A stretch of 62,708 nt of DNA, counting the filler, from Diploschistes diacapsis (lineage: Eukaryota): NCBI GenBank assembly GCA_023645945.1. It is 9 parts of 9 records of this genome, joined end to end, with 100 filler letters (N's around TTAATTAATTAA, not from the genome) between each part and the next. Parts side by side here need not be neighbours in the genome. Positions count along the whole stretch, not along the records: positions 1 to 24,110 come from JALAIB010000247.1; 8 more parts are not named here. One strand, 5' to 3'. Of this stretch, positions 10,060 to 22,367 are shown one piece after another. The stretch's first letter is position 1. Each line of letters opens with the position of its first letter. Made by a program: the position numbers and the translations under genes. The notes beneath the pieces were generated by a model that was not told the origin of the DNA, searched no databases, and saw nothing but the letters and a program-made list of their open reading frames with translations.

Positions 10060-11709
10060 AAATCTACTGTCGTAGTATCTCGACTGCTACTCGTCTATCT
10101 CCTCCACCTCCATCTTATCCTCCTCATCCTCCTCATCCTCCTCATCCGTTTCGTCCATTTTGCCCCGTTTCATTCAACTCCTTCTCCTCGTCTGTCTCCT
10201 CCATCTCCTCTGTGCTATCTCCAGTCGAGGTCTCCTCCGTCATAGCAGTTCGAACGCATTTCTCTCTCGCTTCCACACAGCAAAGGCAATCCGTACTTCC
10301 GCTTGGATTAGAATCTAGAGAACCATGGGAATGAAAAAAAAATTCGCCAACGCAAATTGTGTTCCTTTGCACGATCGCACCGTCCGATGCACTCATCCTC
10401 TTCGTGGCCTACTTCTCGTGTCCTGCCACATGAACTCAGGGATGTACCGCCATAAACATTGGCTGCATTGCCACAATCCAAATCGTCCTCTCGAATATTT
10501 TATGGGAGATGAATTGCAAAGTGCTCCCCGGAAGTTATGCAACTTGAACATGAACCAGTTGACCGGGTCAAGTTGCAGGGAGTTCCTCATGTAGGACAGC
10601 GCTCGCACGTTACCTTGACAGCAGGAGAAACTAGCCTTTACGTGTAAACCGAGGGCACGCTCATCAGGCAACGCAGAATCCCATCTTGGGTGGCTTATCA
10701 ACGACTTGTCAGTAGGATCGGATTGTTCGCTTTGTGGTGTGCGAGCTTGTCGAGCAAAATCCGCGATCCAACTTCTCTAGTCTCAACCCCCCCTTTTGGT
10801 CCTTGGATCTAGCTTCTCCAAGGTGTTATTTCTCGCCATATGTAATCAGGAGAGATAGGCCAGTTGATTCCACGAAGACCGCTTTCAGTCATCATGCGTT
10901 CGTGAACTCTTTTGCGAGTCTTTCATGGATCTCACTCCTGTAATCTTTGCTGCCGGTAATCCATGGTCAGTGAGATGAGCTTGCCGGTCTCTTGACCCAT
11001 GCTGATGGCTAGCGACTGTCGGAATATTTTGTAGGGAGGCCTGCGTAAATGACCACAAAGGCTATAGGATTGTGAAATACCATGTGCACACGAACCTGGG
11101 GCAGTAAAATCAAGGGACGTCCGCAAGCCGCTCGCAATAAATCTGATAATGACCTTTTTGCCCTCGTCTAAGGTTACCCCCCGCAAATACCTTGAAACAA
11201 CGTTGCTTGCTTTTATTTTTGTATTTCTTGGCAAAGGATGCTAACTCCACGGAGTTCCCATCAAATCCTGAAGAAAGGCTGCATCTTTTCTGCCTCCATT
11301 TGCACAGGGCAAAGAAGAATCTTTTCGTCGCGCGAGCCTAGGTCAAAACCATTAGACGCGTGTTGAGCGAAATGGGCACAATACTTACTATCGCCTTCGT
11401 AATCCCCACTGCTCTTAGACTCCGTGCTAGGCACGGCTGCTCGGATAAATTCTTCAACTGTTTGTCCTTCCATAGTTGCTATGACTTATTCAGGATTCAA
11501 GACAGCACCACTTTGCTTCTCTGGTCCCGATATCTTATCATTTGCTAAGAAACCAGGTCTATCAGCTGCTCTTATGATATGTTTGTCTTTCGCTGATACA
11601 TTCCCGTCAAGGGGACGAGACGGATGTTGGTTTTGCTGCCGTTCCCACGCTTCGTGGTGTTTTATGGGGCACTAGACTCTTGACTTACTTTGAGGGTTTG
11701 CTCATCCAT
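10060..11709 (-). pseudogene. Degraded orphan gene with remnant Zn(II)2Cys6-like clusters and an acidic tail
   Basis: Minus-strand frames broken by stops and frameshifts. CERC-PT*GTP-C-NLTRSTGS-CSSC-ITSGEH(F) at 10607-10518, further CSQC, CDR(C) and CLCC-VEAREK-C remnants, then an E/D-rich tail (10250-10070). Boundaries are approximate. Confidence 0.55.
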
Positions 11710-12019
11710 CGTAATGAGGGCGAAAGTTTGACTGTTGGAGGTAGAATATGAGGTTTTCTTTTATCTCAATGTCTTGCGACGCTCCTCCAATCCGAAAGCG
11801 AAAATTTTCGCAACGCTAGAACATCTTCCTCCACATGATCTGTACCATGAAGATCTTCGGGATTGCCAGTGGCAACAACGGGCATGAAATGGGGACAATG
11901 GGACGACTTTAAAGACTCTGGTAATCAAAGACTAGTGTTAATTGCGTCGTAGTTGTTGCTGTTTATAATTGGATCATAAGGGGGCAAGCCTCCGCGTAAA
12001 ATTTTCCGCAACAATTCAG

Positions 12020-15000
12020 CTCAGAATGGGAGCCCACGACTACCCATCTCTTCGGCACTCTGCTTCCCAGAATTCGACGAGGCTATTTGCTTGATAAGTC
12101 TCTCGCCGCTTTCGTTAGACAAGATCCGTATTGGTAGTTGTTATGTCAGCCAGGAAAAGGTTGTGCCCAATCAATAAAGCTCAGTTTGGGAGAGGTTGTT
12201 TGAGCTCCTGTAGGGTGAAGACGACACACCGCATGTGATCTGCTCACGGGTGTTTCTTAAAATGTAGTCTTTCAAGTTTCTTAAACAGTTCCTGGAGTTC
12301 TTCCTTCGTGCCAGGGACTAGCATGTTCACGACTTCAATACCTTTGACAGTAATGATGTCAAAATTGCTTCCAAGGAAGTTGAGGCAAAAAGACCGCATC
12401 ACTTCCCTTGCGCGTTTAAGATATGGAAACGGGGGGTGGCGTTGTCGGTGGAAGACCTTCGGCATTTCGAGATTTCTAGAGATAGTTAGAAGATTACTGG
12501 CTTGGTTGTACCACGCTAGAGTTGTCTAAGGTAAACCATGCAACCTACTAGACATAGCGTCGAGGTTCGGCTTATAGGCAAGTTGCCTTTGAAATATGAA
12601 ATCATGATGATATCGGGTGTCTCTATTAGAGCAGAAACCAGGCGTATAAAGTCTCCTTTCACCACCTAGCACTATCTTTTGTGTAGTTGAGCCACGCGGA
12701 TAATCCACACCAGTCCATTGTAAATCATGTTGGGAATCCCGCTTCAGTGAAGTGACGGGGGAGTGCTCAAAGCAACGGGAACAGTATTCCAAGCGTTCGT
12801 TTGGTTCGGTTTTTCATATTTTAAGCCGCACTCATTAAGTATATCGCTGTAGCGCTTTCTGATTGACCTGCTAATGTCTTTCGGCATATTGGTTTTTGTG
12901 AGGAGACGAAATCTTTGTGCTCACCCAGGACCGTTTCAATATCTAATTCATTTAGGTGCAGCTTGTCAGTCTTCTCACAAGACCCTAGCAAGGTTTCGTA
13001 GATCCCTGGTATCGTCATTGATCCTTCGGAGGAGAATAGTTGTGGAATTTGTGTTGAAGCTAACACCCGATCTAGGCCGATCCACGGCGGCCTTGCCCAT
13101 GACGACGGTCATACCATCTCGATGCAGCGTTGCGATATCCTTTTGAGCCAAACTTGTCTGCCCGCCGGCTGCTCCATTGATAGAGATCCTAGGAGAATTA
13201 TCTGGTCGTCTTCTAATTGTTGGATGACTTGTCTAATTTTGGTCTGAAAAGATGATGGTGTGTGGATTATTGGAAAGGAAGCAGTCGAATAACCTTCGCC
13301 TTACCTTCTGCGGCATCCGAACATGCGGACATACAGAGCATTTGTATCAGGCACTTATTTAAGTGTCTCGAGATATTCTGGTCTCATTTGGAACATTGGC
13401 TCATGTCCCAAAGTTAGACGAGATATCTTCCCAATTAACCTTGTGCCATTCAAGTGCAGACCTTGAGACTACCTCCATAGGCAGCTTTTGCAATTCATCG
13501 AGCTGCAGAGCTTCTAAGTTTTGCCGAACTTCATTGTTTTCTTCAGGAAGATATTCGATTACTATCAGATATGCTGACCACTTCGTTTCGGCTCTTTCTG
13601 GAGAATCCACGTCTGTAGTAGGTAACAGGGTTCACATCTGTGTGCTCCACGATGACGAACCGAGGACAGCTTGCATATCTAACGGTCGAGTGCGCGGATC
13701 TGTGAATAGCTTCATAAGACGATCACACGCTTTGCGCGTACTGTTGACCACGCTGAATTACCACGACTTTGTGCTCAGGGCGATGGCTTTATAAAACACG
13801 TAAGGATTTGGAAAAGAGAGTGCAGTTGTTGTGGTGCCTTGGATCAAGCATTCGTGCATCTCTCCGTACCTTTCTACATTGCGCTTATATGATTCTGAAC
13901 GGGTTAGCCGGGAATCTCCAACTAGGATTGGGAATCTTTTACCGGACGATATTATTGGGTCAGTTGCGGGGCCAATGGATTGCAAATAAGACTCGACTCA
14001 TTCGAGAATTAGGCGGCTCTCGTCGATCTCATTGGGGGCCAGAAGCCTCGGAATCCGCGCCGCTATCCCATCGTCGGACAGCTCAACAATTTTGTATTTG
14101 ATCGGTCCAACATCCTCAACTTGGTCAAGGCGCTCAGAGTATATCTCGACGGTGTTGTTGCTAAATTGATGTTCTTCAAAGGACGTAAAAAGCTCTGCCT
14201 CGTTATCTATTTCGTCGTCAATGCCCTCAGGTTGATTGCTGAGAAAGCCTAAGCTATCCTTTACTTCATCTGATACTGAATCAGGACCAGTGGAAACCTT
14301 ATATCTTTCAACCCTCTTACCTTCGCTCTCTGTACTCTCATTCTCCTCGCTAGGCTTTTCCGGGTCTTCAGAGTCATCAAACTTTTAGACACCAAAACGC
14401 ATCTCATCGTCCGTGCCATCTTGAGACCATGGTGCTGATCTAACGAAACCGAATTGCTTGCAGGCAAGTATCGCGGTATAACGACATCGACTCCAAGCTT
14501 TCTGGATTTGTTTGGGAAGCGCGAGAGGCCAGTCGCCCCAATATTCTGGGTTCGTTGTCAATATGTTTTCTGACGCAGTGATGCCTCTCTTAGCTGGTAC
14601 TCTTGAACAATAGCAAGTGCTAAACTAGAGACTTGGAATGCGGAAAGCTTGATATCTTCTCCGATAGAAATGTTTTGATTTGAACTCATTCGGGGTTTCA
14701 TAACGCACGCTATGGCAGTACGGATGCTGACACTTCTTTTCTTGAAGATGTGGAGAACCATCGAAGTCAATATTGTCATTGATCGCTTCCTTTTTTCCAT
14801 CTCCGATACAACGGTGGAAGATGCAGAGGAGACTGCAACAATCGTGCCCCCAGGTTATCAGCGCTGGTGATGTATAAGATGAAGAATCTCTGACAAAAGC
14901 AATCAGCACCTTAGGTAGCGTTGCTTCAATCGATTTAGGCACTACCTGCCCATCTCTGAGCTCAAAGCTTGGTTCCTCTAGTAGAAATAGACGGAAATGG

Positions 15001-15631
15001 AGCTCTTCCAGAATGTCGGGCCTTTAGTAGTCAATCAATAGACTGTAAGGCAGCAGTACAACTAGCTGAGTACCCTACTTGGAATGCTCACGGACAATTT
15101 GACCTTCCAGATGAAGCTCCAGCATCTTAAGTGCGGTCGGCTGTCCATGGAAGCGGTATGGAAGAATAGAAATTGGGTCTTCAAATGTCATCGTTCTCGT
15201 GCGAGCGTCAATTTCATTGTGTATTCTCAAGCTGTTAATACAGGCAAGAGCAGCTGGAGCCAACATTTTGCCGTTCGACAGTTGTGCCTATAGCTGACCA
15301 ATAATCAGGAAGTCCAGGAAAATTTCGCTGGTCCCCGAGTTTCTTGATTGACTTAATGCTTTCATTCTCGACATGTTTGCTCGTTAATCTCCTGTACTAG
15401 GTACGGAACTTCTTATTGAGAAAGCTTAGTAAAGTACCATCAGTAAGGGCTAAATGCTTACAAGCCATCAAGTTGGAGCTGGCTCGATCACCCATTAGAC
15501 TTATACAAGGGATCTGCATCTTCACCTGGATCTTTCCCACTATAGTCAGCAGCTTCACTTTATCTTCTTTAAATTTAGATTTAGTTGCGTGGTGGTAATC
15601 TGGGCAACTCTTTGTCGTCTGAGCCTTCCAT
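12020..15631 (-). pseudogene. Large degraded orphan gene (>1000 codons), family not recognised
   Basis: ORF-track pieces 15075-15266, 14625-14942, 13758-13985 and 13401-13610 share one frame, separated by isolated stops. 12526-12792 and 12244-12465 share another. Intron-like segments occur near 15450 and 15050. Boundaries are approximate. Confidence 0.55.
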
Positions 15632-15815
15632 ACTGCTCGTTATTCTGAAAATGAGCTGATGTAGAAGGTGTGGTGTTTTCTTAGTCTAACCCGTGGCTGC
15701 TTCCGACCTCATCCGGGATTGACGGTGTATTTTGAAGAGGACTAGGGTTGCTGGCTACATCAGAACTGTCCTTGATTCCGTCTACGATTGGCTTATCTCC
15801 GACGGCCCGGACCCG

Positions 15816-15850
15816 CCAAAGTAAACACGCCAAGACCACCAAAGTAAACA
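15816..15850 (+). promoter_or_regulatory. Tandem forkhead-type GTAAACA sites upstream of YCS4
   Basis: Direct repeat CCAAAGTAAACA at 15816-15827 and 15839-15850, 110-140 bp upstream of the ATG. Confidence 0.5.
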
Positions 15851-15959
15851 GCCAAAGAACTTCTTAACGGTATCTATCTACCACTCACACAACTGCTCGC
15901 AGCAGCATCTCTTGCGCCAGTATTGCGCAGTCTTTCGTCAGTACGAGGATTTATTCAAG

Positions 15960-18900
15960 ATGGATCATACGGTCGAATTTGATATCAATGAGGCACTGAA
16001 ACTCTACCTTAGCGACCCATCCACCATACCCACTCCCGAAGCGGACAGCCAACTTCAGGATTGTGAAAATGATCCCGAATCGCTGAATGCCGGCCTCATC
16101 AACGGCGTGCTCAACCCTATCGTCGAAGCGATTGCAGAGAACTCCGAGTCGTTGAGCAAAAGCTCCATTTTTGACTCTCTGCAATTCTTATTAAAGTGTG
16201 CACCAATCTCCCTTAATCCCCTTCAGCGCTTCCCGAACGAGCCTGATTCTGAACTCTTCAAACTTTCCAGGTCTTCGTCCTTCCTACCCAACCTTGCGCT
16301 CGGCAAGATACTCGATGTTCTCACTTCCGGTCTCTCCGCGGAGGCGGACATAGTGAACAACGATCTCGAATCAGATGAGCAAGATGCAGTCAAACACCAC
16401 AAGCAATTGCTGGAGATGTATGGATTCTTGTTGCAATGGACCATCTCCGTGGTGGAAACAAAGGCGGCAGAGAAGTCAGCAACATCGGCACCAGTAAGAG
16501 GTCGAGGTGCAGGGAAGGGAGCAAAGTCAAAAGGAAGTGGACAGGAGGGAGCGTGGAATTCCGCCGACCAGCTCATCGCAGCTCTTGATGTGATGTGCAA
16601 GGTTATGAAGGTGAACTTCACCAGATTGTTCCTTACCACTTCAGACCGAGATACTTTCGTGGGCTTATTCACCAGATCCGTTTATCTCATCTTCGAGAGC
16701 GAGCAAAGGACCAAGAATACTACGATAAAGATGCATACTTTCAAGGTCCTGTGTATAGCAGTCAAACACCATGGCCATGCTTTTGGTATGCCGGTACGGA
16801 CAGCTTTTGGCAGGCGTACTAACATGTGGCAGGTGCTCAAACTTCAATCATCCAAAATCTTTCATATTTCGAACATCTGTCAGAACCCATGGCAGAATTC
16901 CTGGACATTCTCGCCGAGCAATATGATTATCCACAGCTTGCAGATGAAGTTCTTCGGTGGGTCATCTTTCTGAAATTGAGAAAGATAACCTGTTAACAAT
17001 TTCCTTCAGTGAGATAAGTACAAGAGAGTTCAATAGCAACGACACCAAAGGGCCAAAATCTGTTTCAAGCTTCATTATCAAGCTCTCGGAACTTGCTCCA
17101 CGAATAGTCATTAAGCAGATGACTTTGCTCGCGAAACAGCTCGATAGCGAATCATATACACTGCGATGCGCCGTGATTGAGGTCAGTGGAAACTTGATTG
17201 CGGACCTTAGCAAGCAAGGAGAACGAAGCGAAACCTCCAAAACGCAGATCAATGTTTTCTTCGACGTACTCGAGGAGCGCTTCCTGGACGTCAATCCCTA
17301 CTGCAGGTGCAGGGCCATGCAGGTGCTGATGAAAGTATGTGATCTTGAACAGAAGTTCCCCAAGCGACGACAGACCATAACGACTCTCGCGGCACGTAGC
17401 TTAGGGGACAAGAGTAGCAACGTAAGGCGGAATGCCATCAAGTTGCTTGGTAAGCTGGTCTCAACGCATCCCTTTGGCGCTATGCATGGTGGCCAGTTGT
17501 CTCAGAAAGACTGGGAGGAGCGATTGAATGCCGTGCAATCGGAGTTGAACGCTCTAAAGCCTCCAGCCGATACACCAGGACTTGGAGAGAAGAAGCAATC
17601 CGCCGATGAGACGGTCGACGAGGAACTGCTGGACGAGGCAACAGTCCTTCAGGAATCGCCAAAGAAAAGTGTAATGACAGAGGAGGAGCAGCAAGCCGCT
17701 GTAAAAGAGGCAGCGGAGCAAGCTGCTACTTCAGAGATGATGACCAGGCTGCAACTCACAAGAAAGTATTATATGGAGGCTCTTCGTTTCATCGAAGTCC
17801 TCCAAGACGCCACGCCGATTGTCTGCCAGCTTTTGTCATCGAAGAACAAAAGTGAAGTTGTGGAAGCCATGGATTTCTTCGTTGTTCTGGATGCGTACAA
17901 GGTCGAGTCCGCGAGGACTGGTATTCGAAGAATGCTCCGTCTGATTTGGACTAAAGGCAACAGTGACGAAGGCAAAGGTGTCCAAGCTCACCTTATTGAC
18001 TGCTACAAAGGCCTATTTTTCGATGCGCCAGACAACTTTAGCCCCAACGACGCCGCTAATTACATCGCTCGCAACATGATTAGCTTGACCTTTGGCGCAA
18101 CACCAGCGGAATTGACCTCTTTGGAACAGTTGTTAAGTACTATGATGAAGGCCGGGCACGTGTCGGACTTGGTCATCGCCAAGCTCTGGCAGGTCTATGG
18201 CATCCAAAAGAAGGAAATATCACGCAATCAAAGAAGAGGAGCAATCATGGTTCTCGGTATGCTAGCTATTGCCGACCCCGAGATCGTTATAAGAGAAATG
18301 GAGACGATGCTGAGAATTGGCCTTGGCTCACTTGGCCGCGGAGATCTTGGCCTAGCGAGATACAGCTGCGTTGCTTTGCGACGCATCAGTCCAAGCGGGC
18401 GGCAGGCCAAGGAATCTACCACGAAAGTCCCAAAGCTTCCAAATGACCACGTGGCACTTGTACGATTAGCAGCGATGGCTGAGCTGGTCTCCGACAGTAG
18501 GGAGTGGTATGGTGTAGCGGAGCAAGCTATTGGGGCAATATATGTTCTTGCAAAACACCCTGACACTCTCTGCTCGGAAATTCTTCGGAGGAAAACCAAG
18601 TTCGTTTTTGCTCCGCAAACAGGCAGTACCGTGCCGCCAGCAGACGCTCAAGGCCTAGACCCAATGGACATCGATGATGCATCGAAGGGTGGAACAACCC
18701 CAACGCCCAAAGAGAAGACCGAAATCGACAACCAAGGACGCGACGCTTCTCTTGGGCTTTCGCAGCTTTTGTTTCTTGTTGGCCACATTGCAATCAAGCA
18801 GATTGTGCATCTCGAAATATGCGAACAAGAATTCAAGCGACGAAAGGCTGATAAAGAAAAGGAGAAGCCCGCAAACGTTTCGCCTCAGAAGGGTGATGCT

Positions 18901-19789
18901 AGCGGCCAAGACGAACTAGATATGATTGGTGCGACAACGGAGGATGACTTCACCGAGGCAATGGCTCATATTCGGGAAAAGGAACTGTTGTATGGCGAGA
19001 AGTCTCTCCTTGCGAACTTTGGGCCCCTTGTTACCGAGCTGTGTGCGAACAACACTGCGTACCAAGATCCTAACCTTCAGGCGGCGGCCACTCTATGTAT
19101 GGCCAAGCTCATGTGTGTTTCTTCAGAGTACTGTGAAAAGAACCTTCCACTCCTCCTCACTATCCTGGAACGCTCGCAAGATCCAATAACTAGGAGCAAT
19201 GTTGTTATTGCGTTAGGCGACATGGCCGTGTGTTTCAACCATCTCATTGACGAAAACACGGACTTCCTATACCGACGCCTCAACGACAACGACGCCTCAG
19301 TAAAGCGGACCTGTCTGATGACGCTGACGTTCCTCATCCTTGCCGGTCAAGTCAAAGTGAAAGGACAGCTTGGAGAAATGGCTAAGTGCCTTGAAGACTC
19401 CGACAAGAGGATAGCCGATCTTTCAAGGATGTTTTTCACGGAGCTTTCGACCAAGGACAATGCAGTGTATAACCAGTTTGTGGACATGTTCTCGGTGCTC
19501 AGTGCCGAGAAGGAGCTAGAAGAGGATGCATTCAAGCGGATCATCAAATTTCTTGCTTCGTTTATCGAGAAGGTGAGCTTGAAAGCCCAACTTCTCTTGC
19601 AGCACTAATCTCCGTTAGGATAAACATGCCAAGCAGCTTGCAGACAAGTTGGCCGCCAGACTTGCCAGGTGCCAGACAGAACGGCAGTGGAAGGATGTTG
19701 CTTATGCCCTGTCGTTACTGCAGCACAAAAATGAGGATATCCAGAAGATGGTTAGTTCTGGCTTTAGGGTTGTCCAAGCAAGCGCCTAA
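15960..19789 (+). CDS. YCS4: Condensin complex HEAT subunit Ycs4/Cnd1 (CAP-D2)
   Basis: Cnd1 motifs LEERFLDVNPYCR, RSNVVIALGDMAVCFNHLIDENTDFLYRRL and LILAGQVKVKGQLGEMAKCL. Introns at ~16196-16270 (in frame), ~16786-16832, ~16957-17009 and ~19573-19618; stop TAA at 19787-19789. Confidence 0.95.
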
Positions 19790-19898
19790 CGTGGAATTTT
19801 TGGCTTTTACGTCTGTAATCGATACATAGCGTTTCGGGAGGATATGTCTTTTCCAGGATCCATGCGTCATGTTGTTAATGTTAGATACCCCACCTGAA

Positions 19899-20580
19899 TC
19901 AACCATACTCTACGCCTGATATATCTTCATCGTCCCACATAGGTTGGTTAGCTAGTGCTGCGTTTTCCTTGATATATAATAAGAACCTAAACGCCGCATT
20001 GCCGTTAAGATAGTATCGATGAAGACGCTTACTACGTAGAAAACCTAATCTCTCGTAAAGCTTCATGGCTGGCGTGTTTGTAACCTCGGTTTCAAGTGCG
20101 ATCTTGAACCCACAATCAGATGTTCTCGGACTGTAAACATATTAACATGACAAGACTTACCTCATCCGCGTCCTGTTCGATCATGGCGTCGATCGTCATC
20201 CGCGCCAACTTCGTTGCGATCCCCTTGCTCCGATACTCTTCCCGCACGGCCAGCATGGCGATGTATCCGCGCAACTGCGCACCTCGATGCGGCTCCAACT
20301 TGGAGACAACAACCCCAACAAGCTTGTTCTCCGCATCCAGTGCCTACAAGTCGTTAGCACGCACGGGCCTGTTGATCCAGGAGAACAAATAAATTGCCAT
20401 GAAACAGAGTTCGCCCCACTGGTGGAGGAAATAGCGATAAACGTAGATGCTATATGGCTCGGAAAGGTCTTTGGAGATGAGCTGGCGGATAGATGGCAGG
20501 TAGGTAGGCTCTTTGGAAGCTTCGTATTGGACATAGTGCAGATCCTCTTCATCCGGTGCAGAGAATTTAGCCATGACCAT
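19899..20580 (-). CDS. MAK3: N-terminal acetyltransferase NatC catalytic subunit (Naa30)
   Basis: LISKDLSEPYSIYVYRYFLHQWGELCFM / RGYIAMLAVREEYRSKGIATKL / IALETEVTN...RLHRYYLNGNAAFR. Intron 1 (20344-20397) has a GC donor; intron 2 is ~20104-20160. Confidence 0.93.
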
Positions 20581-21075
20581 TACCCTCGCGCGTATTGGCG
20601 TTTTCTAGCCAGAAGCGCTTCCACCCTCGGAGGTATATGATATATTCCGCTGCACCCTGCGAGCCTTGACCTTGCGTCGCCTGCTGCTCTCGATCTTTGT
20701 AGAGCTGTCACAGCGTTGTTCAGTGCATACTATATCGAAATAGCAAGGCTAGCGTCATCGGAAGTGGCCGGTAAAATAGGGTTATATTTGCAGTGACTGC
20801 TCAGTTGAGAAAAAAAAATTCATTTCTGACTTCCCATGTTGGATTGGTGTTTATCGCTCCATAACTGATGAAAATTACCCACACAATGGACTATGGACAT
20901 TAGGTTTCTTCTTGCGTTTCCTACTTCATGTCCTCATCGCCAGCTCGAACAGTGGCCGGTGCTTCTGTGACTTCCGCTGTAATGGCATAGGATACTCCGG
21001 ACGCGGCTACTACAGGCTTTAATACCCCAAGGCAGTCGGAAGAGAGCAACACCTCGGCCGCATCATTGACACCCA

Positions 21076-22332
21076 ATGGCTCAAGGAGCTATGGCCTGGG
21101 TTTGCGACAGGAGACAACCGGGTCTGACTCTTCGCCGGAAGGAAGAGCCCAATAAGACAAAGTCGAAACTGAAGGCTGCCGCCGTGGCCATACTCAAATA
21201 TTTCCAAGAGCAATACTTCCTCGTTGGGCTAGGCATAGTCATAGCCATTGCATCGCAGCATCAGGTTCCTTATGATCAGCAAGACTTCAAAGAGACCGTA
21301 GTCACCTATCTTTGCGTTTCGCTCATTTTCTTGATTACGGGTTGCACACTGCCGACCAAGGTGCTACTGCAGAACTACTCTCGTTGGAAAATCCACCTTT
21401 ATGTCCAAGTCCAATGCTTCCTTATGACCTCGGCAATCGTCTTTGGGGTCGTATCTGCAGCCTCTACAAATCGGAACTTCATGGACCCTGGTCTTCTCGT
21501 TGGCATGGTTTTCATGGGAGTAGTGCCTACAACAATATCATCAAATGTCGTCCTTACCAGGCAAGCTGGTGGTAATACCGCGCTGACGGTCGCTCAAAGC
21601 ACACTTGGGAACCTGCTAGCTCCCTTCATCACTCCTCTGTTGATCACGATGTATACGAGTACAGGAGCCTGGTACACGGATTTTCTACCTCGCAATGGTG
21701 GCAACTATGGTGCTATCTACGCCCATGTATTCAAACAACTAGGACTTTCTATATTTCTACCTATTGCAAGTCATCTCACGCATAAAGTTTCACAGGCCAC
21801 ACGACTGACTCCATCCTAGGTTGTTGGACAAGCGCTTCAGAATCTCTTTCCTGACGCCACCAAGACCGTCATGGCCAAATGGAAACTATCCAAACTTTCT
21901 TCACTGGCGCTTATCGTCATCATCTGGTCGACTTACGACCAAGCCTTTGCATCTGGTGCTTTCGATTCGGTTCCCGCCTCGAACCTCGTCTTCATCGTCT
22001 TCATGTCCATTGCTTTTTTCCTGCTTTGGCTAGTCATAGCATTTGTTACAGCAACTATCTGGCTTCCACCCAAGGATGTCGTTGCCGCTTGTTATTGCAT
22101 CCCTGCTAAAACGCCAGCAATGGGAGTGCCACTGGTGCAGACAATCTATGTCGGCATCTCACCGCTGGAGTCGAGTAAGCTGCAGGTACCGATGGTGTTC
22201 TTCCAAGGGTTACAGATTGCAAGTGGGAGCCTACTCTTGGGGACCTTCCGTTGGTGGGCGGATCGGGAAGAGAAGAAGACGGAGGCCGGGGAAGGTCATA
22301 TGCCAAATGGTGTCGCTAAGCAACCCGTATAA
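21076..22332 (+). CDS. Sodium/bile-acid symporter family (SLC10A7/Rch1-like) membrane protein
   Basis: IFLITGCTL, PTTISSNVVLTRQAGGN, STLGNLLAPFITP and AKTPAMGVPL motifs. A GC-AG intron at 21766-21819 joins LPI to VVGQALQ. Start codon is uncertain. Confidence 0.88.
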
Positions 22333-22367
22333 AGTATCGGATGCATAGCTCAGACTATCAGTCACAG

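Noticed and set aside
10060..15631. Starship captain (DUF3435 tyrosine recombinase) or alternative genetic code
   Set aside because: No recombinase motifs recognised. Stops of all three types plus frameshifts indicate decay, not recoding.
20928..21153. Upstream frame ATG..GCA TAG GAT.. as a possible A-to-I-edited or read-through N-terminus of the transporter
   Set aside because: That frame is out of phase with the transporter and stops again at TAA. The ATG at 21076 is sufficient.
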